Positions 13,301 to 23,764 of a stretch of 64,000 bases of DNA are shown one piece after another. The notes below the pieces were generated by a model. The model saw only the letters and a list, made by a program, of their open reading frames with translations. It was not told where the DNA came from and did no database searches. Positions within the stretch are counted from its first letter, which is position 1; each line of letters opens with the position of its first letter. The stretch is from Saccostrea cucullata (taxonomy: Eukaryota), in NCBI RefSeq assembly GCF_032062105.1, contig NW_026940631.1, positions 310,001-374,000 of the forward strand. The letters run 5' to 3'. The translations under genes were made by a program, and so were the position numbers.

Positions 13301-14023
13301 AGTGAGGCCAAAAATTTTTACAGAGGCCAAATCTGAGGCCAGGCCAACTTTTGAGGCCAGGCCAAAATTTGGTTTGAAGCCAAATTAGAGGCCAAAATAG
13401 AGGCCAGGCCAACTAAGAGGCCAGGCCAGGCCAAAGGGGCCAGGCCAGGTTTTAGAGTATGCCATTCTAGAATTGTTGTCATTCGATTAGTCTGGCTTAC
13501 ATCAGCTGAAGAAGAAGACATGTTAATGGAATTGCAGTATCGATCGACTTTACAATACTGCGCCTTTACAACCGTCCTCTAGACGTGAACAAACAAGGTC
13601 AGGGCATACAGTAGAATGATCTAGAATGGTTACGAAGATGCATTGTTATTGAGAAAACAGTTTATAGCCTTGTTCTGTTTAAATAAATACATAATAATAC
13701 ATAATAGTTATAAAAATTAAAAAAAAAAATAAATACATTCAAATTAATATCCCAAACTTATCCACGATAGCAAATACCAATATCACAAGAGAAGCAACTC
13801 GGTTACATATAATTTGTTTACCTGCATGTTCCAAAACTTCATCGTTAATTTTATCCGTTAGCATGCACAATATTGCGTCCACTCCTTTAACGTTCTTCAA
13901 AAGCTCTTCTCGTGGAATCACGTCATCACTGTCCCAGAAAGTAACGTCAAAGCTGGAGTCCAACAGCCTCGTCCCTGGGTCGGGGATCCGGCGTGTCACG
14001 TACACCTTGTACCGCTGGCTCAT
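4376..14023 (-). CDS. GRHPR: Glyoxylate reductase/hydroxypyruvate reductase-like, paralog B, complete 3-exon CDS (326 aa)
   Basis: Exons 14023-13822, 6202-6032 and 4983-4376 (202+171+608=981 nt) join in frame at phase-1 junctions. Motifs: VSTMSVGYEHID, VTNTP, GLGRIG Rossmann loop, catalytic INTGRG (Arg), DPEPLP (Glu), LPHMGS (His). Intron 2 donor is GC. Confidence 0.92.
5021..5765. mobile_element. HINE (Helentron-like non-autonomous element) with nested TIR MITE at ~5320-5553
   Basis: Starts TTTTTATGCCCC...GGGGATAT...TGTCCGTC and ends GGGGGCACCAGTGTTTCACAAACACATCTTG. Inner MITE runs TACAGTATAAGCAGAATTTTTAGCGAG...CTCGCTAAAATTTCCACTTATATGGTA. Confidence 0.7.
6303..6790. mobile_element. Second HINE copy of the 5021-5765 family
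   Basis: Same termini (TTTTTATGCCCCG...CGGGGATAT, TGTCTGTC microsatellite; CAGTGTTTCACAAACACATCTTG) and TGACCTTGACC internal repeats. Confidence 0.7.
7138..7313. mobile_element. CAG(T/C)AAAAC-type Tc1/mariner-like MITE
   Basis: Clear similarity to the element at 53316-53784 (GGATATAGCGAA/TTCGTTATA motifs). Confidence 0.6.
7783..7873 (+). pseudogene. tRNA-like sequence (tRNA-derived SINE head or tRNA pseudogene)
   Basis: A-box TAGCATAATGG (7791-7801), B-box/T-loop GGTTCGAATCC (7852-7862), ends ACCA. Acceptor and anticodon stems do not pair properly. Confidence 0.55.
7874..9190. mobile_element. HINE with GTCT/GTCC microsatellite and internal degenerate repeats
   Basis: TTAGTCCCCTAC...GGGGACTA hairpin, then (GTCT)n at ~7920-7990, repeated AGATCAAGTTTG units, and 3' GTAGGGGACA...GCTTGTT. 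Confidence 0.75.
8422..8729. mobile_element. PIF/Harbinger-type MITE (3-bp TAG TSD)
   Basis: TIRs GGCCGCACCAATTTAATTTCTTGTTCGTCGGAC / GTCCGACGAACAAGAAATTTTATTGGTGTGGCC, flanked by TAG. Removing it restores the host unit TTAGTTATAGATCAAGTTTGC seen at ~8213. Confidence 0.8.
9594..11435. mobile_element. Chimeric transposon segment: CCGA-repeat left end plus truncated copy of the Mutator-like element
   Basis: 9596-9770 has tandem (G/T)CCGA motifs. ~10350-11435 matches ~12170-13463 and ends in the same GAGTATGCC terminus. Bracketed by a 59-bp direct repeat (9535-9593 = 11436-11494). Confidence 0.6.
11539..13463. mobile_element. Mutator-like (MULE) non-autonomous foldback element with long TIRs and 9-bp TSD
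   Basis: Termini GGCATACTCTAAAACCTGGCC / GGCCAGGTTTTAGAGTATGCC. TSD ATTCTAGAA at 11530-11538 and 13464-13472. Inverted arms ~450 bp with GGCCT/AGGCC subterminal repeats. No transposase ORF. Confidence 0.85.
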
Positions 14024-14968
14024 TTTTGTGTGTGTTGTATTGAGCAAGTCACGGAATCGTGTGGATAACCTTGCTTCGCTTGGAATTTTGCGACTTAGAT
14101 ATTTTTAACTTCCAGGAACCTCGGCATCGATTTTCTCGTGGAAGCATTCAACATAATTATCGTGATCGAATTAAGGTATCCGACCCATAAAAGCCTCAGA
14201 TTCAATGAATCTGAATGTATAACAGATATACTGTTGGCCGAATACTCGGTATATGTCAGTATACCAGGTAGACATATAATCTTCGTGTTTTAGGATTAAT
14301 ATGTAAGAGCGGAATGTGTCCTAATTTTGACCTTGATCTGTCCTTGAAGAGTTACCCCCTTTGCTTAATTTTAATCAATAAAAATCATTTCTAAAAAAAA
14401 TCTATCTGGTGAAAAATTATTTTTTAATCGTTTTTCTATTCTTAATAATTAAATACATCTTTCAACTGTACATAGCATTTTGGGATATTCATAGTATGTA
14501 TTTAAATTTTTATTTAAAAAAAATTGCTTGTTCCCATAGACTTCAATGCTTTCTTCATTAATTAATTTCTGCTCAGGTAATTATATTTTTGCAAATTTCT
14601 CCTGGTAACTCTAAGTTAATACAGATTGATATTTTTTTAATGCAGAAAAAATATATATATTGGATATTTAAAGTTAGTAAAAATTCTGTGTACATATTTA
14701 TTACTTATAAATATCCAACAAAAGAACTGGATCTGATACCATATGAATCATCGTGAAATAAAAAATATATATACTAGATAAGGAAGAAGGGAAGAGTATA
14801 TTTTGTGATAAATAATTTTTGTGTACAATAGGTACACTTGATATGTTATATTTTGAAATTTTCCATACAAAATAATTGATAATATACAATTTGATAGTTA
14901 ATCCATTCTATCACAACTCAGTAAAATATTCTGTTATTTTATTTTTATGAGGTCAACGGCCAATGTCA

Positions 14969-15444
14969 TGTGACCAAATAATTACATATATTTTATTTCA
15001 TATATTTATTTTGGCTAATACCGTGCTCACTATTGTAAACATTTCTTATTCGATTATTTGAATCAAGTGAGTATATAATAACATGCATTTTGTAAAGGCT
15101 TTTGTCGAACATTCTTTTGTAATCTTATTCCTGACTGGCGTATCAATCCACTTGCGCAGTAGGTCTGGGTATAAATACTCCATGTTCGATTGAAATTACT
15201 TGTCCCGTCAGCCAGTTTTCAAGGTCACAACTCCTCGAGGCCGTGCTGTCCATATAGGTATTTGCTTTTGTAATACTTTTCTTTTTCATAACTTGTTATT
15301 TTTCATTCTATTTGAAGTTATAATTTATGTATATTCTTTTAAAGACACGTGCCATTGCCGTTTATTGCTGTTGAATAAACTACATGTAAAGATTTAAACG
15401 TGACCTGGTGTTGTTCTGCTCAGTTACAGTCAGATCAGGTCACA
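14969..15444 (+). mobile_element. Possible solo LTR
   Basis: TGTGACC...GGTCACA termini, internal TATAAATA (~15170) and AATAAA (~15373). No convincing TSD. Confidence 0.3.
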
Positions 15445-15810
15445 TATCCATGTTCAAGTCAAGGGACCTAGTTCACCAACTTATCAGAATTCGTAACTAC
15501 TGGGCAATTTTCTGGGAGAAAAATGAATATATAGATCTACTCGGTCATTTTTCGAGAGAGAAATAACTTTTATCGTTCATGGAAATGGCTGAGTAGTTAC
15601 GATTGACTTATAAATAAGGAATACACATGTATTTATCTATTTCAGTTGTGTCTCAGATTAAAAAGTGAAGTAAAACTTTGCGAGTTCTATAATATATTCA
15701 TTAACTGCTAACATATTTTTTACATATCTTTTTATTTAAAAAAAAAACCGATAATGCTACTTTACAGCTCATTGAATTTACACATAGCTGTAATTTAAAA
15801 TTTAAAAATT

Positions 15811-15975
15811 TTGGGTTCAAACTTTGCCAATCTTAAAGTTTCTACACAGCCTTTAGAAATTGAAACTAGAAGATACTGGAAACCCTGCATAGAAAGTTTT
15901 TTTTTAACATGCAAGGATATTGAAAAGGATGAATCACATTTCAAAATTTTCAGGGAACTTGATACAAGTATTGGT
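15811..15975 (+). mobile_element. Degenerate non-LTR retrotransposon ORF2 C-terminal fragment
   Basis: Translation LKVSTQPLEIETRRY...CKDIEKDESHF resembles the 'R.S.H.L.IETGRY...C..EDE.HF' C-terminal motif of LINE ORF2 proteins. Confidence 0.5.
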
Positions 15976-17065
15976 CAGATGTTTGCAACATGCATGTACA
16001 TGTAAATACATGTGCATGTCATGTATTTAATTTTTCAGTAAAGGTAAAACCATTATTTTCATAGTAAAAAAGACTTTATTTTTGTCTATCTGGATCTCTA
16101 TACTCGTAACAACGCTTCGCCTCAAAGAGGATTTTACACATAGTATGTTGCATTGTGTTGGTCTTTTATTTACAATTTTAAATTTTTCTTTGTATAAAAA
16201 TTAGTTTATTGAAAATGCAAGGTTCTCTGCACACATCCTATTGTGTTATTTGCTACATGCATTAGCTAGGTACCCGAGGCATTCCGAAGTGCAAGCTTTT
16301 TCCCCCCCCCCCCTCCCCGTCAATGTCAAGATCTGTAAAAATAGACATGTATGTTGAGAGAAATTTATGTAATTTATGTAATTTTGGCTCCTTTTCTTGG
16401 GATAAGCTAATTATTTTCATTTCGGAAAAAAATGGGTTGCAATTTTTTTTACAGTACGATTTGAGCTTCCGGTGTTACATAATCAGCCGTTACAAACAGC
16501 CAAAGAAGGTAATCCATCAATCTGTCAACAATAACAAAATACTAAAATAGACTGGACCAAGGAGACTATAGTTTTTTATTCTTAAAATAAGAAACCATAG
16601 TATTTCATTACTGAAGAGAAACCGACTTTCATATACTTCTGTGAATACAATAATTATTTTATGGCATGGGCTGGTCAGTGGTCAGTTCATTGGTGATGGC
16701 TGTCGGGATAACAGTCTAACAAAGGACATTCTTACTCCATTGGACCTCTGAACTGAAGGTTTCATGCACCAGTGTATTTAGTAGTCTGTGAACATGGTGA
16801 ACGATTTTTTTTAAACGGTTAACAATTCTAAAGTTGTTTTTTTTTGAAATTTCAAATTACAAATGATCAAAATTCATAAGCATTAATAATTAATTTTCAG
16901 TGACATATGGAATGATAATTTGTAATTTCTGAAGGTGTTGAAACTGTTGTTTTTCTACTAGAAATTACAAATGATCATAGTTTTTCGACTAGTATTCCCT
17001 TCATAGTTAATACAAATTTTGATAAAATATTTACATTTAGATAGAAAATTTTAAGCTACAATTAT

Positions 17066-17651
17066 TGGTCCTACTAAACAGAGTACGCTAGTACGATAGA
17101 GTACTTTAGAGTACGCTTATAAAATTTTATAAATTAATGCAATTAAACTGCTTTTTGCATGTTTTCTACATTAGTTTAACATAATAAAAATATATTTAAT
17201 TTCGAATAAAATGGTTTATTTTCCTTATTTTAGAAGTTATTTTAATTTTTGATTTCATGTTACAGTTTATCATTTGATCCTGATCCCGATCTAATTTAAC
17301 TTGAAATGTTTTCATTGTTCATGTGAAAAATGTTAAATTTTACGTAATGTAATTAATTTAATCTTTGATAAATAAAATTTAGTTGAAATTAATAAGTCTG
17401 AAACAAAATAATATAGTAATCGAGATCGGGATGATATTAACCTGTAAGTGTAATGCATTGATTCATTAATGTTGCTGTCTTGTCAAACTATTGCTAAAAA
17501 ACAAATATTTGAGACAAATATTGCAATATTATTTTATAATAGTGTTTAATCAAGTTGTATTTACATAAATAAACAGTCTAATTATATTAAATTGCACATT
17601 TTTTTCTAGCGTACTCTAAAGTACTCTATCATACTCTGATTAGTAGTACCC
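17066..17651. mobile_element. TIR MITE with 8-9 bp TSD (hAT- or MULE-type)
   Basis: GATAGAGTACTTTAGAGTACGCT is inverted as AGCGTACTCTAAAGTACTCTATC. TACAATTA occurs on both flanks. Confidence 0.7.
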
Positions 17652-18041
17652 TACAATTACCATGATTACTGTTAAAATACAGTTCAATCAGTTGTATTAA
17701 AATTTTAGAATCATCTGTACCAGATGGTAATATCACAAAGAATTAGATCAGAACTATGGAAAAACATGGGCTTAGTTGATATACTTGTATCTAGCTGTAG
17801 AACTGTAGCTCTCTTCTTGAGAAAATTCTGACAGATAAAGCAGAGACCTACAGATCCAAGCATTGTAAAAAACCTTTGATTTCTGTTACATGGAAATAAA
17901 TGCATAGTAAAGTCTACATTGTGGCATGTTTTGTTGTACAAACTACCATATAACAGATATATCACATTAAAAATAAATTATTTTATAAGACATGTATTAT
18001 AAATAAATTAAAATGATTTATTTTGCAGCTTTTCTGGTAAG

Positions 18042-18821
18042 ATGGAAGCTACTAATCATGTGACTGAGGATTTCCAGAATGAACAAGATGACAGAAGTAA
18101 GGACACACCTATCCATGCCTGTGAAATCTGTGGGAAGACTTTTGGTTTATTGGCCTCTTTAAGGGTCCATAGAAGAACCCACTCAGAAGATCGGCCTTAT
18201 AAATGTGAGGTGTGTGATAAGGCCTTCAAACAGCTGTGTGCCCTCCAACGGCACAACAGGATACACACAGGGGAGATGTTATATAAATGTGACTACTGCC
18301 AAAAAGAGTTTAATGATCAGTCAAGTATCCAGAGGCACATCAGAACTCATACTGGAGAAAAGCCTTTTGTCTGTGACCTGTGTGGAAGGGCCTTTGTAGA
18401 GAACCAGCAGTTACGACGCCACGTTCTCCGTATACATACCAACGAACGCCCGTTTGTCTGTGAAACATGCGGAGCCCGGTTTGCTGAGAAAGGAACACTG
18501 ACTTGTCATTTGTTGATTCACACCGACAAGAAACCTCATGCCTGTGATAAGTGCGACAAGGCATACCGCTCGTCTAGTCATCTAAAGCGACACAAAATAT
18601 GGGCTCATGAAGGGGTGAAGCGCATCCGCAATCCACTGAATTTAACATACACCTGTGAGGTGTGCTTGAAAGACTTTCACGACAAAAACGACTTTACAAG
18701 ACACACAAGAACTCACACTAAAGAAAAGCCCTACCAATGTCCAGTGTGTTCAAAGTGGTTCAGTGTTCAGTCAAATCGCAACAAACATGTGAGAGCAGTG
18801 CATCCACAGTCATCAATTTAA
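18042..18821 (+). CDS. C2H2 zinc-finger protein (8 fingers, 259 aa), single coding exon
   Basis: Eight CxxC-x12-Hx3-4H units with TGEKP-like linkers. Splice acceptor TTTTGCAG at 18028 just upstream of the ATG implies an upstream exon (candidate donor at 16509). Confidence 0.9.
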   Translation: MEATNHVTEDFQNEQDDRSKDTPIHACEICGKTFGLLASLRVHRRTHSEDRPYKCEVCDKAFKQLCALQRHNRIHTGEMLYKCDYCQKEFNDQSSIQRHIRTHTGEKPFVCDLCGRAFVENQQLRRHVLRIHTNERPFVCETCGARFAEKGTLTCHLLIHTDKKPHACDKCDKAYRSSSHLKRHKIWAHEGVKRIRNPLNLTYTCEVCLKDFHDKNDFTRHTRTHTKEKPYQCPVCSKWFSVQSNRNKHVRAVHPQSSI

Positions 18822-20339
18822 TAAATTAAACATTTAATTACCGAAGGATAATTTATTGGAAATCTTTATCATTCTTCTGATGTTTATATCCTGTTGGGTA
18901 CATGTAGTATACGTTAGATATTTTTTGAAAAATTACAATGATCCTGTCAGTAGATAAGAACAGTTAAACATGCTTGAAATGAAAAGATGGGGACGGACAA
19001 TTTTGCTCCGTTATAAGTATAATTTATTACATCCGTTAAATTTACAATATATTTTAATGTTACAGGGAATAAAAAAAACTTTGCTGTAAGCGTTAACTGA
19101 TTATAAATTTATAAGCGTGTTTGCTATAAGCATGTATTACTGTACTTATTTGAATTAAACACAGGACATCACTAATTATAATGAATAACATCTGTCCCCA
19201 CAATTACTAGGATTTTTTGTGTAAACATTAATGTTTTGATTGATTAAAAAGCTGAATTTTTTTGGTGCGTAGGGGAAGGGGTGGTGGTGGTGGCAAGACT
19301 TGCCCATTGAATTGTTACTTATTGATATTGTTTAATTAATTTGTTTTCCCCTCTCAAATTATGGGTAACCTTATCTCCAGCAAAACATAGAATAAAAATG
19401 AGCAATATCAATTTTTGTATTAGTCAGTTTTTCGAAGACAATGAATCCTGTATATTTTGTTTTCACCTTTACAATTTTACAATATCGATGCTCTGTAACT
19501 CTTATGAGATAAAGTGTTATTAATGTTAAAGTGACTTGAGAATTTGAAGAAACACTTACATCTTGTACCATGTTATAGATTATCCTTTTGTTGACTTTTT
19601 GATGCCGTTGATTATTCAGTATTACATGTATTTACTTACAAAGAAATGAATCTCTATATGTATTTCTTGTTGGGCATTGCATTTGCCATTATTGCAGTGA
19701 TATATTTAATTAATTTATTATTCATTCTCTTGTTATAATTGTTGATCCTGTTCCTCGTTTTGAAGTGTGTTGCTGAGATCTTTTATCAGCTGGCATTTAG
19801 ATTGATTAGAAGTGTTGAAATACAAGTGTATATTTTAAAAACATCTTTTCTGTGTTAACTGATTTCATATACTTGTTGTAATGAATGAGGCAGAAGGTGT
19901 ACTGCAACAGATTTTTTGTCAAAAAATGTATCTGATTCTCTTTTGGAAATTAAGGAATCGATCTATATGACAAATGCATATTTTGTTGCATAACTCTTGT
20001 TAAAGTAACATATTATTGAGGGAAGAAAGAGAACAGATCTATCTCTGGAAGTGAAGAAAGGACTTAATTATGATAATTGAAAGGGGATCAATAAAAAAAA
20101 TTAGATAAAAAGTTCACCTTAGACAGGACTCTGCCCAAATGTAATAATACTTCAAAGGTCAATGGAATGTAGTTCCAAGATATTTTTAAGAAATGGAGGG
20201 GTAACTTGTCAAAGATAATTTTATTGATAGAGGATGTGATGGTACTGAAAAGTGCGCTATATATCATAGACATAAATCGAAGGGACTGTCGACTCTCTGT
20301 ATCTCGTAAATCCATGCAGTGAACAAAACAAATATGGTC

Positions 20340-20450
20340 ATGCAATGGCAATACATGGATCCCTTGGTATAACATCAGAGGTGGGATCAGGTGTCTGGGA
20401 GGAGTAAACAGCCCCCGTTGATTGTCTATACCTGCCATTAGCCTTGTGTA
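20340..20450 (-). repeat. Fragment of an interspersed repeat, probably retroelement-derived (TACTCCTCC...CACCTGATCCCACCTC core)
   Basis: A degenerate copy of the same core lies at ~61261-61335 in the opposite orientation. Confidence 0.45.
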
Positions 20451-20659
20451 TTGATCATTCAGGTTGATGGAGTATATGTTGTTAAATTTAGTATAAAAAT
20501 TAAGTCATTTGGATCAAACAGATGGTATGAAACATGCCAGACAAAGTACAACCCAATAAGAGGCTTTACAAACACAGTTAATATAACCACCATCACAAAA
20601 TATGATATGTAGGCTTATAAATTGAATTGTTAAAATTCCCTGTTATAATTTATGTATAG

Positions 20660-20917
20660 TTCTTGAGATGAAGATTTTTTAAAGATCCCCACCCTTTTCT
20701 GTCTTTCCTTGATGATTTCCCTTTGAAAGGGGGCTTGGCCCTTCATTTTTACAATTTAAACTCCCCTTTACCCAAGGATGCTTTGTACACATTTTGGTCA
20801 AAATTGGTCCAGTGGTTCGTTCTTGAGAAGTTGAAAAATCTGAAAAGTTTACAGACAATCGACGGACATTTTGGTGATCAAAAACGCTTACTTGAACTTT
20901 CAGCTCAGCTGAGCTAA
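20660..20917. mobile_element. Truncated HINE (Cg170-associated family)
   Basis: Matches ~45065-45335, including GACGGACA...GATCA and the terminal AGCTCAGCTGAGCT hairpin. Confidence 0.7.
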
Positions 20918-22065
20918 CATAAACATTAGTTAAACCTTTCATATGATTAAACAGGGAAACTATTATAATGTGTTATGGAGCTAGGTGTGATGTGCGAAAT
21001 ATTTACGTACGACTTATCTTAGGCCGAAATCTCAAACATTTGTGTGATGATGATTTATTTGTTTACTGCGTGTCAATGGAGAAATTGATCAGCAAATGAT
21101 ACGATTGAACTCCGAATCCCCGAAGAAGCAGGTGTCTGGTCAAACTCCGTCAAGTTCCATGTGGAATTATTTATATTTTTATATCTAAAGGTAATGTTTG
21201 GGTGTTGCAACTACTCTTGATTTATTTGATTATTGTAGAAAATATTTTTCAGATCAACTCGAATTTTCTCAAGTTAAAAAATCGTGTATACGGTATATTT
21301 TAGTTAGAATAATCTAACTGTGTTTCGGGGCAAGCCCTAAACACAGTTAGAATACCTCTCATATACTCGCAATGTAGCAAAAAGTTGCAGAATCGCTCTG
21401 AAACGATTTTAAAGAATACCAAGGGATTTGCATTGAAAGTATTCCAGTTAGAATGCTTTTGATAATCAAGGTAAATACATGGTTGTGGATTGGTTTTGTA
21501 CATAGAATTTTTACATGTTCATGCCAAAAGATTGCGTGACCCGCAATTGGAGAAACAACTACAGTTTGATTTAATAATCATTATACTTTTATTTGAGGAG
21601 CGATCATTATGATTGATTTCTGAGTTAAAACTAAATGCATTTGCCATACTTTCGAGCTATCATTATTTATCTAGAACTTTTATATCAGCCTTTCTGTAGC
21701 GAACAAAAACGAAAGTAGCCCGTCACCACAGCAGAAACATCCAAGTCTTTAATGCGTGCGTTTCAGAATTTCGATTGTCGGAAGCTCTCTTAAAGTTTAT
21801 ATTCAAAATTTTGTAATACAGAAAGACCAGTTCTTCATGACCAGCGTATTCATTAAGTTTTTGGTGCTTAAATTTTAACACTAGGCATAAAATACACGCG
21901 AGTGACCCGGAATTGGAGATGACCCGGAATTGGCGACTCCACTGTAAACCTTTAAGGGGTAGCATAAGTATTTAAATCTAAAATATAATCCAAATAGACG
22001 AAAATCAACTAATTTTCTCAACGTTTTTCTCACTTCATGCGGCTGCCCTTCATGCTACGTATACA

Positions 22066-22815
22066 GCACAGGCACTTTTTTTTCAGAAATGAAATTTTAA
22101 TCCATAGTATGATAATAACACAAGGTATCTAACTCCGATTTACACGGAATATACCCCTCCTGGAGACTAGCATTTATTTAAACGTTCAGAGAAAATACGC
22201 TAACAAACCGTTTATACCTATGTCTTCTACGATAATTTATCTAAAAAACCATGTATAGCATACTTGTCTTTACTTTCTTCAGTCTCCGTTATCAGTGTCA
22301 CAACTCTGCTCACAGTAGAATTCAACAATGAAACAGTATGTGCTAATCTCGGGCAAAGAAGAATTTCAAGATTTGAAAAATGAGTGGGTTTTAAAAATTC
22401 AATTCCAGTGTTTAAATATTGCAGTAAGTAAATAAAACTTGTTTACATCTGATTTTCCCTGAAAACATTACTTTGTTTATCCGACGTAATTTCAGTAACA
22501 GATTTTTAGCCAGTCAGAATCTCTGTGTGGGATCAGCACATACCCTTTCATGGTAGAGTCAACTTTTCCACTTGGCGAGCAGAGTTTTGATGCTGTTTAC
22601 GGAAAAAAAAAACAAAGACATGCATGCCATCTATGGTTGTGTAGATAAATTATTATAGAAGACAATGGTTATAAACAGTTTGCCGGTACATTTCCTCTGA
22701 AAGTGTAAATGAGTGAGTTTTTGAGGAAGGGGTACTAAGTATAAATTGGAGTTAGATACCTTGTGTTATTATTATACTATGGTTAAAATCTTATTTTCGA
22801 AAAAAGTGCTTGTGG
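22066..22815. mobile_element. MITE with ~100-bp imperfect TIRs
   Basis: CCATAGTATGATAATAACACAAGGTATCTAACTCC (~22102) is inverted at ~22748-22782. Confidence 0.7.
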
Positions 22816-22905
22816 TATATGAGACTCTGACAGCTGTCTGATGTCACATGACATCGTATCTAAGTCGCATTTTCAGACAGAAGTTTGAACAGTGCAGATT
22901 TTAAT

Positions 22906-23334
22906 TAAGAAATAAGGTATCATTTTTAAACATCTATCGGGATATAAATACGGGTTGGTCACGAGATTAAGTTCCATAAAGCCCGAGGGCTTTTATGATG
23001 AATTTAATCTCGTACCAACCTGTTTTTATAGCCCGATAGATGTTTTAAAATGATACCTTATTACTTATATTTACATTTGTGACTTATTCATACTTAATAT
23101 TTGCCTGATTGTGACTTTTAACATTCAAAATGCATTATTTTTCAAACCCATCGGCACTTATGTAATCCACTGAACGCGTGTCGATCCTTTTTGACATCAC
23201 TGAGAAATTAGGTTGAAGGTTTATCCATACGCATGTCTATGACCTCTTGACCACGTACCGGTATTTATACAGTTATAGATATGCATTGCTTTCAGTAGTG
23301 TTATGTAAAGAAAAACATTTGCAAATGTAAATAT
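22906..23334. mobile_element. Hairpin element (possibly Crypton-like), second family
   Basis: Palindrome 22911-23062 centred on GCCCGAGGGC. IR ATATTTACATTTG (23067-23079) / CAAATGTAAATAT (23322-23334). Confidence 0.7.
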
Positions 23335-23764
23335 TGAAGAATATTTATTTACTATTTATCTGCAGTATATCCATTAAAATCAAAATGAGTTTATTTTTTG
23401 TTTAACTTTTTTGGTTATTCTCGCGAGAACGTAGCTTTAACAAATGATGCATTGTGAGTTCAAAGTTACTCCGGAAAAAATTATATAAAACACATGTTAA
23501 ATGAATGTGCAGTAATCCAAATTTTCTCTTTGCCAAGGTGTTATTATAAGAGCTGGCATTTTGTGTCACTCACTGCGCTCACTGTTACATAAGATATTGT
23601 ATTTTTTATTTGGAATTTTTATTTAGTTTTGATATCTTGAAAAAAGTTGTTGCTTGCACTAGCTATTTGGTTAAAGGCTTAGAAAAGAATACTGATACAT
23701 GTGTATGATATGGATATATTTTAACAGTTTTGTTTTGTAAAATAACAGATTAAATCCATTCAGA

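Noticed and set aside
9354-13521. Short ORFs in GRHPR intron 1 as transposase or novel genes
   Set aside because: They are translations of subterminal repeats (GGCCT, CCGA); no DDE or other domain.
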